Of a stretch of DNA of 64,000 nucleotides, positions 48,944-59,000 are shown in pieces. How positions within the stretch are numbered: the first letter of the stretch is position 1; each line of letters starts with the position of its first letter. This stretch comes from a virus (lineage: Duplodnaviria; Caudoviricetes): positions 32,001 through 96,000 of the IMG/VR virus record IMGVR_UViG_3300042997_002652; one strand, 5' to 3'. The notes under the pieces were generated by a model. It worked only from the letters and a program-made list of their open reading frames with translations, had not been told where the DNA came from and did no database searches. The position numbers were made by a program, and so were the translations under genes.

Positions 48944-51925
48944 TTATCTTATTCCGCTTAGTTTCTTCCAATCATCAAGCAAACTAGACTCTGCTACTTT
49001 AACTTTAGTATGCGGTAAAGTAGTTTGATCTTGTTTTTGTCCGTTCAATCCACCTGAAATAACTCTAGTCATAAACTCAATGTCTTGTTCAAACGTATTG
49101 TCTTTTATGTTTTCAGAACCTTGATATCCAGCGTCATTAGCCCACTCAGTTAATTCTTCTTCGCTTTCGTCAATTTCTTCTTCGTTGTCAGACATTGCAC
49201 CAGCTAGTGCTTGATCTTCTTTAGCTTCTGCGTTTTCGTCAGCAGTAGTTTCAGCTTCACCGGAATCAGGAGCATTTGCTTCGGATACTTCAAACTCCAT
49301 TTGATCTTCAGTTTCATCTTCGTCTGTTCTTTTTCCAAATTTTCCATAAGAATCATCTCTACGATCTTTCATAGATTGTTCTTTACCAGATTCTTTACCT
49401 GTACGCATTCCCAATGATTCATCTTCTTTGTCATCGTAGCCTTGTTCTTCACCAACTACCAATGCTTTACTGTCTGAATCATTGCATCCACAATCACCTG
49501 ATCCACATACGTCACATGATGCATCTTGAGATTCTTCATCCTCGTAATCATTGCCTGCTACTTTCTGCATCAGTGCCATCATGCCATCATGATCTCCAGT
49601 ATCTACATTTGAGTCAGGATATACACTTTGCGATCCTGCATCAGATTGTACCGGAGCACCATATGCGCTAGTTCGCGCAGTGTCTTCACCGCCGAACAAT
49701 CCTAAGCCAGCTTGCTTAATCAGACTTAGTAACTGATCGGCTTCACTATCTTGTGCTGAAATAGTAACAGAGTCAGGTGATCCTTGTTGTCCTTTAGAAA
49801 CGGAAACAGTCATACCTTCTTTTACTGGTTTTTTGTCAGTAGAACCAGACAAGTCTTTTTTCATGTCAGCTTTTGATTTACCATACTTTTCTTTAAACTT
49901 AGTATCAGTCATGTGTGTCATGTCAATATCAATGTCTTTAATTTTGCCTTCATTAACTTCTTTGCTCGTACTAGTTTCAATACTAATATCTTCTGCCCTA
50001 TCTCGTAGATTTTCTCCCTTTATCCAATCCTGAGCTTCTTTTTTACTCGCGAATCCTTTCTCTATTTTATACGTGTCTCGGTTGTTAGGTAAATAACGAA
50101 CTTGGAATTTAGGTGTTACTGCTTCATTCAATAAAGCATTTAGTTCACGATCCCATGACTCAAACGCCATCATATCGTCATCACTCACATCATCAAATCC
50201 ACCAAACGCAAACTCACTACCGCCTCTTGGTGAAGGAGTATCCATCATAGAATCTTGTGATACCATACCAGGCATCATACCGATATCTTGTTGCATTCCC
50301 ATGCCGCCTGATCCATAGCATTCGTCTAAACCAGATTTGTATCCATCAAGATAAGCTTGTGCTTCTTGTGAACCTTCTTCATACTTACAACTGAAAGTAT
50401 CATTTGCCATAGCATGTGCTTTACCAAGTAATCTTGCTGACTCGGTTGGATTTGTGCCTTCTTTAACTGTTTTCTTTTTCGCAACAGCTTTTTGTAAACC
50501 AGCCGGTAACTTTTTCTGCGCGGCGGTTAACCCTGCACTGCTCTTTTTATCAGTAGAACCTGTTTTCTTGTCCGCCGCAGCTTTTTTCATTGGTTCTTTT
50601 TTGTCACCATCTTTATCTAAGTCTAAAAAGTCTGGCTTAGCTTTAGCTTCATTTGTCTTTTTCATTGTTGATACCTTTTGTTTGTCGGCTGCTGCCTTTT
50701 TCATTGATTCTTTCTTGTTGCCATCTTTGTCTAAGTCTAGAAAATCTGGCTTGGCTTTTTTAGCTTCTAAAGTCTTGCTGTTTCTTCCAGCGCCTAATCC
50801 TGCACCAAAGTCGCTGTCATTGGTTGGCATAGCTGCTTCATCAGTTTTATTCTTTTCAGGTTTAGGACAATCTGCACAAGCATACTTAGCATTCGCACCT
50901 TCCCCTTTCTTGAATAAGGGTTTGTTGTGTTGAGTACATAATGCAGGAGTTGTTTTTTTTGTCTTTATATCTTTCCACATTAAAGGAGAACCCTTTTCTT
51001 CGTTAGTTTTTTCTTTTTTGTCAGGTAAGCCTTTGTGTTTAGTTTTCGCAAACTTTTCTAACTCTTTAGCGGGCATTTTTGCCATTTCTTTTGATGCACC
51101 TTTTAGTGTGCTTTTTGGAGCATCACCGCGCTTAGCTGCTAATGCTGCACCAGCTGCTTGTTGCTGTGACTTACTTTTTGCTTTTTCGGTTAGCTTGGCT
51201 TCATTAAGATTATCTACATATTCAGTTTCTCTAACATCAACTATAACTGTTTTACCAGCATTTCTTCCAGTTAATTCTAATTCCACTTCAAGATAAGTTG
51301 GGTGTAATTCACTAATTTTACCTATTACAGTTTTACCGTTATAGTTAGCTTTTACTACATCACCAAGATGAAGACCGTGTAATTCTGTAGCATATTGATC
51401 ACTGCCGTCATCATGATCGTAATCATCACCGTCATAATCATCATCAACTTCATTTAATTCATCACCAGCTAAACTCATTTCACCTTTACCAATGCTTTGC
51501 TTAATTTGATTAGCTAGATTAGGATTAGTAACTGTACCAAGAGTTTTATTACCTTGCTTGATTACTTGAGTGTTTTGTTGAGCTGGTTGAATAGTAACTT
51601 GTTCAGCTTCAGCAAGTAAAGCGTTAAACATACTTTTTAAAGATGGCTTCGTGTTTTCTTCTAAACTTGCAGCAGAAATGGGTTTATCAGCCACATAAGC
51701 ATCAATACCAGCAGTTGATTTCAACTTCCATTTATCAGCAGCTTTTTTAACAGCTTCATAACTAGAGTTAGCCTTAACTTCATACTTGCCTTTTTTAGCA
51801 TGAACACATACATACGGGCGTTCAGCACTTTCGTTTAGAACTCTTTTACCAGTAGTAGTAACTTTCTCTTCTTTAGTAGTGCCTTGAAGTTCAGTCATTT
51901 TGTTTAATAAATCTTTCATACTCAT
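48944..51925 (-). CDS. Very large acidic/basic modular head protein (scaffold or internal polyprotein)
   Basis: Start moved to MSMKDLL (AAGGA SD); many xxE-delimited modules, duplicated KPDFLDLDKDG repeat, acidic tail. Confidence 0.7.
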   Translation of the reverse strand: MSMKDLLNKMTELQGTTKEEKVTTTGKRVLNESAERPYVCVHAKKGKYEVKANSSYEAVKKAADKWKLKSTAGIDAYVADKPISAASLEENTKPSLKSMFNALLAEAEQVTIQPAQQNTQVIKQGNKTLGTVTNPNLANQIKQSIGKGEMSLAGDELNEVDDDYDGDDYDHDDGSDQYATELHGLHLGDVVKANYNGKTVIGKISELHPTYLEVELELTGRNAGKTVIVDVRETEYVDNLNEAKLTEKAKSKSQQQAAGAALAAKRGDAPKSTLKGASKEMAKMPAKELEKFAKTKHKGLPDKKEKTNEEKGSPLMWKDIKTKKTTPALCTQHNKPLFKKGEGANAKYACADCPKPEKNKTDEAAMPTNDSDFGAGLGAGRNSKTLEAKKAKPDFLDLDKDGNKKESMKKAAADKQKVSTMKKTNEAKAKPDFLDLDKDGDKKEPMKKAAADKKTGSTDKKSSAGLTAAQKKLPAGLQKAVAKKKTVKEGTNPTESARLLGKAHAMANDTFSCKYEEGSQEAQAYLDGYKSGLDECYGSGGMGMQQDIGMMPGMVSQDSMMDTPSPRGGSEFAFGGFDDVSDDDMMAFESWDRELNALLNEAVTPKFQVRYLPNNRDTYKIEKGFASKKEAQDWIKGENLRDRAEDISIETSTSKEVNEGKIKDIDIDMTHMTDTKFKEKYGKSKADMKKDLSGSTDKKPVKEGMTVSVSKGQQGSPDSVTISAQDSEADQLLSLIKQAGLGLFGGEDTARTSAYGAPVQSDAGSQSVYPDSNVDTGDHDGMMALMQKVAGNDYEDEESQDASCDVCGSGDCGCNDSDSKALVVGEEQGYDDKEDESLGMRTGKESGKEQSMKDRRDDSYGKFGKRTDEDETEDQMEFEVSEANAPDSGEAETTADENAEAKEDQALAGAMSDNEEEIDESEEELTEWANDAGYQGSENIKDNTFEQDIEFMTRVISGGLNGQKQDQTTLPHTKVKVAESSLLDDWKKLSGIR

Positions 51926-51935
51926 AATAGATTCC

Positions 51936-52556
51936 TTATCTTCCGGCGCCAATCTTGGGCTTAGCTGGTCTGTTGATAGTACTCATTGGACTTTTATCGC
52001 CCATTGATTTCATATACTCTTCTGGCTTAAATGGATCAAACGCTTGTTTAGTTTTTTCACCAGCATACGGGCTTTCAATTTTATGATCTTTCATAGACTT
52101 TTCAATTTCATCTAAGTAAGAATTACCATATGCTTTTGCTGCTGCTTTAGCAGACTTATCATCGGGATAATCGTTAGTTAATACTGGTGACTTTTCCATT
52201 TGATTTTCATACTGTTCTGCTTCATGATCAATGCTGTCATCAAACGCAGTAGAAACTAATCGCACTCTGTTTTCATCTATGTTTATTAATCTAGCCATTT
52301 GTCTAACCATTGGCTCAGTTGCAGGATATCTAAACTTTGCTTTAATGATATTTACAGACTGATTTGTAACACCAGGAAATCCATATGGTGATTTTTGAAT
52401 AGGTGTAGAAGTTGGTCCAGTAATTTCTATTGGATCAAATTTATTCAAGTTGTACTTGAACAGGTCCATCTGTTTAGCATCTATATCGCCTACAATTTTA
52501 ATAGTGTAGTCGTAACTGTGTACAGATTCTACCAAATAATGTTTGAAGCTTCGCAT
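51936..52556 (-). CDS. Conserved late protein with CTS-like N-terminus
   Basis: MRSFKHYLVES; GATAAATA at 52587-52594. Confidence 0.7.
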   Translation of the reverse strand: MRSFKHYLVESVHSYDYTIKIVGDIDAKQMDLFKYNLNKFDPIEITGPTSTPIQKSPYGFPGVTNQSVNIIKAKFRYPATEPMVRQMARLINIDENRVRLVSTAFDDSIDHEAEQYENQMEKSPVLTNDYPDDKSAKAAAKAYGNSYLDEIEKSMKDHKIESPYAGEKTKQAFDPFKPEEYMKSMGDKSPMSTINRPAKPKIGAGR

Positions 52557-52609
52557 GGTTAATCCTTAAATATGTATAATATCTATTATTTATCTTTATC
52601 TTTTAAAAT

Positions 52610-53092
52610 CTACTTGTCTTTTGTATAAAGTTTTAAAAGTTCGTTTCTGTCTAATGCTTTACCTTCACCGATAGGTGTGTTTTCTACTTCTTCGTGTTTG
52701 TTTTGTAGTTTTTGATCCAAAGCGGCTTTTTTTAATTGAAGATCAAGTTGTTTTAGCTTTTTATTAATTTTTGCAGTCTTTGCCGTAATCGCATGTCCCA
52801 ACATACTACTAGCACTGTTAAATATTTCACTTGAAAATCTAGACTCTACTTGCATACCCAAATCCATTAAGTCTTTGTAACTACTAGCTGCTAATTCTGC
52901 AAGTTCATCTAATTCGCTATCTGCCGCTTCCAATCCTCTTACTTGAGGTAATGCAGCTTCTATTTTTTCTAAGTTAGTTAAAGCAGTTTGAGTGATTTCT
53001 TGCGCGTGGTCAAAAATAGGTTCTGATAAATCAGTATCTGAAATATCAGAGTCTTCGGGTAATTCAAAAAGTTCGCTTAATTTTTTAGTCAT
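52610..53092 (-). CDS. Putative terminase small subunit
   Basis: 160 aa helical/coiled-coil (SEIFNSASSMLGHAITAK..KINKKLKQLDLQLKK); late leaderless promoter; near head genes. Confidence 0.45.
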   Translation of the reverse strand: MTKKLSELFELPEDSDISDTDLSEPIFDHAQEITQTALTNLEKIEAALPQVRGLEAADSELDELAELAASSYKDLMDLGMQVESRFSSEIFNSASSMLGHAITAKTAKINKKLKQLDLQLKKAALDQKLQNKHEEVENTPIGEGKALDRNELLKLYTKDK

Positions 53093-53114
53093 GTAACTAT
53101 TTATTAAAAAATAA

Positions 53115-53561
53115 TTATCTTTTTCCTTTTTTGCTAGTAGTATTCATGAATATTGAGTCTTCGCTTACTACTCTAAATACAAAACCGTTTTGTTTACAAT
53201 ATGCCATAGCAGCAGTAAACTTAGCTTGATTGACTATAGCATGTACTTTATCATGTCTAGTTTTAGCTTCTTGTAATGAAGTTTGACTTTTTGGTTTTAC
53301 TTCAATTATTTCTGCACTGGTTTTGTGATGTTTGTTTTCATACATTACGAAAAAATCAGGAATATACATTGAAGGTTTTCCCGTAAGAGGGTTTTTATAA
53401 GGAATTGCAATAGCTTCACTAGCCCATTTTAATATATGTTTGTTCTCATCTAAAAACATCATTACTCGTAATTCCCAACCAGAACGATATCTTGGTGTGT
53501 GTTTACCTATATATTTGTCAGGATTTTTTGGAGTGTATTGACCTTGCGCCCATTTAGCCAT
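53115..53561 (-). CDS. Head completion nuclease (T4 gp4-like, TnsA-type PD-(D/E)xK)
   Basis: YTPKNPDKYIG, YRSGWE, WASE, YIPDF, IEVKP, NQAK. Confidence 0.85.
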   Translation of the reverse strand: MAKWAQGQYTPKNPDKYIGKHTPRYRSGWELRVMMFLDENKHILKWASEAIAIPYKNPLTGKPSMYIPDFFVMYENKHHKTSAEIIEVKPKSQTSLQEAKTRHDKVHAIVNQAKFTAAMAYCKQNGFVFRVVSEDSIFMNTTSKKGKR

Positions 53562-53924
53562 TTATTGGACTACATTTCTAGCAGCAAGTTGATTTGGTCT
53601 AGCAATAACTCCTACACCGTAAAGTGAAGTATTAGATTTAAAGCTATTCAAAAAGTAACAAATAACTTTATTCATTTCAAGTTTGTTAGGTAACCCCTTT
53701 AACTGATCTAATAATTCTAATACAGGTATATCTGCTTCTTGTGATATTCTAAAAAGATTTGAAGTAAAGTTTCCAGCAATCGTATCATTATCTGATATTG
53801 ATTTAAAATAAGAAAAAACAATGTCAAATTCATTGGCGTTTATACCAAGCTTGGTATTATAGAAATTATCGTATATTAATATAGTTCTGTCTGTGTTTTG
53901 AAGGTTATTAATTATTGTAGGCAT
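53562..53924 (-). CDS. Hypothetical structural-module protein
   Basis: 120 aa; TAAATA-N5-ATG. Confidence 0.65.
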   Translation of the reverse strand: MPTIINNLQNTDRTILIYDNFYNTKLGINANEFDIVFSYFKSISDNDTIAGNFTSNLFRISQEADIPVLELLDQLKGLPNKLEMNKVICYFLNSFKSNTSLYGVGVIARPNQLAARNVVQ

Positions 53925-53949
53925 AATATTATTTAGTCATTATGTGTTA

Positions 53950-55266
53950 TTACAAACTTCTTCTAGTAATCGGCTGACCTAAGTTAGCTGGATATGATGT
54001 TGCACCACTTGAATTAACTTGACCGCCGGCAGGAAGAGGTGCTCTAGTTATACCTGCTCTAGTGTCAAATGCCGCGAAACTTTGAGCACCGGCAGGAAGA
54101 GGTGCTCTAGTTATACCTGCTCTAGTGTCAACTGCCGCATGGCTGATGGCGCCAGTAGTAGGTGCACTTGCTGTTGCTACAGGTGACGGAGTAGAACCAA
54201 CTTGCTGGAAAAACGCACCTATATTTCTAGTTACGTTGGGATTAGTTAAAGCAGATGTTACTCCATTTAACAACTCTTGTTTTATATTTTGTTTAAGATC
54301 AGTATTTTTAAAAGTGTTGTACGAGGTGCCTGCGAGTTTGATAGCACCTAAAATATTTCCTTGACTTAACGCTTCTATAGTTCCACCTACACCATCTACT
54401 AAACCTCCCTGCCCTAATATTGTTCTATTTGAGCCGGGGATAGAAATAGGACTTAATCTTCTATCATAAGTTTCTTCTGAACCAAAACCTGTTATAATAT
54501 TATCCGGTCTAGTACCATCAATTGAGCCATAATCATATACTACAGTTTCATAATCAATAGTCATTTGATTTTGCATAATGCCGCTACCTTGATCATAGTT
54601 ATAAGTATCATGAGAAAACTGTGTTATGACGGGGTTTACTAATGTATAAGATACGAAATTATGTCGGTTTAGTCCATACACTGTAATATTTTTAAAGAAT
54701 TGAACTTTTACGTTGTTGTTATTGTATGCGTCACCGGTGAATCCCCAGTTTTCACCTATTATACTAGGTTGGTAAATGTTTCTCGTTGTTAAGTCATCAC
54801 CTGCTACCGTTCCGTCAGCACTGAAATCAGAAAACGCCGAACCTTGAATACGTCTGTTGAAACTCTTGTCCATGTCACGATAGTTGTATCTATAATAAGC
54901 TTCCCAAAGTTTCGTAGCTTTGTTAGCATTATCATCGTGAAATGTTATAGTAACAGGTTCATACTTTATTTTAGTTTGTATAATTCTTTTTCTATTGTAT
55001 TGGTTCATCTGAAAAGTATCAAATGTATAGCTAGGTAATTTAATTTCTTTTACTAATAAACCTAAGTTTTGAGTTTTGTCTATTCCTGCATTATAAATTT
55101 CTTGATTTATTTCAAAATATGTATGAAATAAAAATTTATACTTAGGAGTATTTTCATAGAAATTAGGTCTAAATGTTTTAGATGCATGGGTAAAGTCTCT
55201 AAGATAGTCGCTGCCGAAGAATCCTCCAGCAGCGCCTCTTAGTAAGTCTTGAAAAAATCCAGACAT
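53950..55266 (-). CDS. Tail tube-like / baseplate-tube junction protein
   Basis: Tube-fold signatures (VKEIKLPSY, YEPVTITFHDD, FSHDTYNY, MTIDYE) plus a low-complexity tail. Confidence 0.6.
   Translation of the reverse strand: MSGFFQDLLRGAAGGFFGSDYLRDFTHASKTFRPNFYENTPKYKFLFHTYFEINQEIYNAGIDKTQNLGLLVKEIKLPSYTFDTFQMNQYNRKRIIQTKIKYEPVTITFHDDNANKATKLWEAYYRYNYRDMDKSFNRRIQGSAFSDFSADGTVAGDDLTTRNIYQPSIIGENWGFTGDAYNNNNVKVQFFKNITVYGLNRHNFVSYTLVNPVITQFSHDTYNYDQGSGIMQNQMTIDYETVVYDYGSIDGTRPDNIITGFGSEETYDRRLSPISIPGSNRTILGQGGLVDGVGGTIEALSQGNILGAIKLAGTSYNTFKNTDLKQNIKQELLNGVTSALTNPNVTRNIGAFFQQVGSTPSPVATASAPTTGAISHAAVDTRAGITRAPLPAGAQSFAAFDTRAGITRAPLPAGGQVNSSGATSYPANLGQPITRRSL
54026..54131. repeat. In-frame tandem duplication with 63 bp period
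   Basis: An identical 43 nt at 54026-54068 and 54089-54131 encodes DTRAGITRAPLPAG twice. Confidence 0.9.
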
Positions 55267-55285
55267 TTATAAACTACCTAAAGTA

Positions 55286-55957
55286 TTATGCACTAGGTGT
55301 ATTTGAACCTATACCAGTAGCAATACCTTGAGCAGCAGCATCAGCAACAATTCTACCAATACGCTGACCAACACCAGCAGTACCAAGAGTATCACCCTGA
55401 GTTTGAACTGCGTTGTCGTAACGAATAGTAAGTGCTATAGTAGCTGCTTCACTTGTTGCATAGTTTAACTGGTTATAGTTTGCTTGTTGTAAGTAGCATC
55501 CGTATAATTCCCAATTTTCTAATACAACCGGTACAGCAGTTCCGTTACCACCATCTAGAACTTGAACGTTAACTTGGAATTTAAAATCTTGACCAGATGC
55601 AGCAGACGCTTGTTCTACAAAGTCTAATTGCTTTTGCAATTGCTGGCCTACTGCTTTAGAGACTGATCCTGATGCATCGTCCCTGATGTTAACAGTAACT
55701 GGTTGCCAAGTGTGTTTACCCGGTAAGTAAATTCTTGAGTTGTATACGTTTAGTGTAATCTCGTCAAACTGTACTTGTGGTCTGGTTACATCCATTACTT
55801 GTTTTGTTAAGCTTAATCCGCCATCAACATCAACACCAAAGTTTAAGAAGTTAACTCTAAAACGGTATTGTAGTTTAGGCATCAGCAAGCCTTGGTTGCC
55901 ACCTGCGTTATCAGATGCTACTGTCATGTTGAACAACGAATTTGAGGCTGTCGCCAT
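55286..55957 (-). CDS. Tail tube protein (gp19-like)
   Basis: LLMPKLQYRFRV, GKHTWQPVTVNIRDD, WELYGCY, IALTIRYDNA; follows the sheath gene. Confidence 0.85.
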   Translation of the reverse strand: MATASNSLFNMTVASDNAGGNQGLLMPKLQYRFRVNFLNFGVDVDGGLSLTKQVMDVTRPQVQFDEITLNVYNSRIYLPGKHTWQPVTVNIRDDASGSVSKAVGQQLQKQLDFVEQASAASGQDFKFQVNVQVLDGGNGTAVPVVLENWELYGCYLQQANYNQLNYATSEAATIALTIRYDNAVQTQGDTLGTAGVGQRIGRIVADAAAQGIATGIGSNTPSA

Positions 55958-55990
55958 GTTATTTCTCCTGTTTTATATATTTATCTTTTT

Positions 55991-56019
55991 AAATGAGAGG
56001 GGCTTAACCCCTCTCATTT
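55991..56019. terminator. Intrinsic terminator hairpin
   Basis: AAATGAGAGGGG-CTTAA-CCCCTCTCATTT. Confidence 0.85.
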
Positions 56020-56025
56020 ATTTTA

Positions 56026-59000
56026 TTATCTCAAACTAGTTGGTGCTGCACCGTCTAATGATGATGATAACTCACCTGTATTCAAGATACGAACTGGGAT
56101 GTAGATAAATTCAGCAGCTTTCACTGGCTCAATCGCTACATCTACGTAAAGTTCGTTTCTATCTATTCTAGCAGGTGTGTTGTTTGAATCGTCACACACT
56201 ACTAAGTAGTCGTACAACCCTCGTTTAGCCACTAAATCAACTAATAGAGTTTGTACTACACCTGTTATTTGCTGTCTAGTTAACGCATCATTAGGCTCAA
56301 ATACAAACGGTCTAGCAGCTATTGTTAACTGACGACGGATATATGCTACTAATCTTGCTACGTTAATTCTGTCAAGTGCGCTTTGTGAATTAAAGCTTGA
56401 CTTGTTGCCATAGTTTAACAATCCGTTTCCAGTAAAGAATACTAGAGGGTTGATAAAGTTTGTATACAACACATCTCTAATTCCAACTCTAGTTCGTGTA
56501 GATTGGAATTCACCTGTTTGTGCATCTAAGTAACCAATGCTTAATGCATTATCAATAACACCTCTTCTAGTACCTGCAGGAGCAAACCAAGGATAAGCGA
56601 TAGAGTCATTACGTAAAATAGTTCTTAACATCATATGTGATGCTGGAACTACTACTTCATTTCCTGCTAAATCATTAGTCAAACCACTTGGATAAAATAG
56701 ACCCATGTAAGTACTTCTAGTTACTAACCCGTCATCGCCTGTAGAAGTTGCGCCAGCAGCATTAGTTGCCCATGCTTGAATTGCTGTAGCTGTTTCTGGC
56801 AATCTCATTGGAGTATCACCAATGATAAACCCAGTTTCTCCTCTATCTGCGTTTAGTACAATCATGTTTGCTTGAAGTTCTGGATAGTTCGGAGTAGCAA
56901 TCAAGTTAAAGAAGTTGTCTTCATCTCTAATAGCAGTATTAGTGTCAATAGATGCTCTTAACGCCTGAACTACCATTGCTCTTTGAGCTTTACGACCCAT
57001 GTACGGAGCACCATTAGATTGTAATCCAGACACAGATACCCAAGCATCTTTTTCTGTTGGTAACGCAACATCTGGGAAACTAGTAGAGTTAAAGTAATTA
57101 GTTATAAACTCTTTAACGTTATAGCCTGATCGTCTAGTGTTGAATAACAACATACCTGTTGGATATAAGCTATCATCAGGAGCATCTAAATCTAAGTAGT
57201 TGCTTGTTAACAAGCTAACAATTGTTGGAACTGCATCTGTTGCTGGATTTGTTGTTGCGTTGGTCGCCCAACGTGCATCAGCAAAGACAACACCTGTTGG
57301 ATTTGTTTGATCAGTGTTATCAATTCTTACCCACTGATCAGTACCGCTAACACTTTGCCAACGATTGATAATAGGATAATTTTCTAAATCACTTATATCA
57401 ATCCAAAGATCACCGTATGCTAATGCAGTACCATCGGATTGAAGAGTTGGTGCGCTTGCGCTTACAATAGGACCGTTAGGATCAGTAGCGTTCACACCGC
57501 TTGGTAGTGGAAAACCTGAACTGCTAAAGTTGATGTTTCTGTATCCTCTCCAGCCTGCTGAAGTATTTACCATAATGTCTACTTGATCTACAACGCTATA
57601 GAACCAATTAGTTCCTGTAACCGGAGCTTCAGTTAATGCAGTTGCGCTTGCTGTAGGATCAGCTTCGATCCAGTCAGATAGTAATGAAGTATAAACAACA
57701 TTAGGAGTTCCTGATACAAAAGTTATGCCTTCTAACGCGCCTGCACCACTTACTTGTGTTACTTCAACTACTAAATTGTTAGCTGGAGCAGTACCACCTA
57801 AATTTGCTCCAGAAACGGTAAGTTGATCTCCTACTACATAACCTGTACCTGCGTTAGAAAAAGTGGTTGAATTTACTGCATATGTAGAAGCAAGAGAAAC
57901 TGATAGTACTGCGGATGAGCCAGCACCACCGGTAACAACAGGTGTGTATGTAGGTGTTAGAATAGCACCCTGTTTAACATAGTCGGTTGTACCTGCGATA
58001 AATCCAGCTTCGGTTAAAAATCCGTTATTATCAGTAATTTGTATCACACCACCGGCAGTATGAGTAATTACTAATGCACCTGCAGAATTTAGTTCTATAC
58101 TAGTATAAGGTATTGCAGCATTAGTCCAATCAACGATAAAGTCGGCGGCGGTGGCGTTGTCAGCTACAATTACTGTATAAGCACTAGACAGTGGGGCAAT
58201 TCCCGGTTGCGATACTTGTACAGAAAGAGTATAGGGGCCGCTAGGAAACGTTGGATTTTCTACAGTTCCCGTTACTACAGTTGCCCCTGCATTTGCTTTT
58301 TTCCAATAATAAATAGGACTATCTGATGGATACAAATTGTTGAAGTTATATTGCGCATAAAGAGTGTTTGCATCAATATTTAAACCTCCTTCTGCATCTA
58401 AGGATGCTATGGCTGCGTTATCAGATACCGCAAGGGTTACTGTTTTAGCATTCCAAGCAGCTAAATCACTAGACCATTCTTCTATCACAGGAGTTAATCC
58501 GTTACCGACAGATCCTACTTTGATCCAAATAGAACCAGTAGGTCTAGAAACGGTTTGACCAGTTTGCCATAGAGGTTGTTGTGAGGAAGTAGCGTATGTA
58601 ATTACAGGTTGAAAGTAATTCCCAGCAGTAATACCTAAGTCAGTTAATACAGTGCCTGTTCCTGCTACAATAGTAATAAATTTAGGTGCTATATCATCAA
58701 GATTTTGAGAAGAATATATATTTAATTTTCCACCGATTACAGAAGCACTTACACCGCCCCAACCTAAGTTATTAATTGCAGCAGCTACGCCTGATACTGT
58801 GTTGTTAGTAGCTGCTGGAACTGTAATAGTAGCACTTACTTGAGTAGTACCGGATAATCTGATTATAAAAGTATTTGCTGCGGTAAGTGACGTAGGTGCG
58901 TTAGAACCTTGGATAGCAGGAACATTTTGTAACCAAGCATTACTACCAATACTAACCCAAGTATTTGTAGTTGCTTTGTAGAAAAACTGTTTACCAGTAG

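Noticed and set aside
53115-53561. Tn7 TnsA transposase implying a mobile element
   Set aside because: Motifs and position match the T4 gp4-like head-completion nuclease; no other transposition genes or ends.
54026-54131. Two identical 43-nt repeats with a 20-nt gap as a mini-CRISPR
   Set aside because: Only two copies, 63 bp period keeps the frame, and it lies within a CDS.
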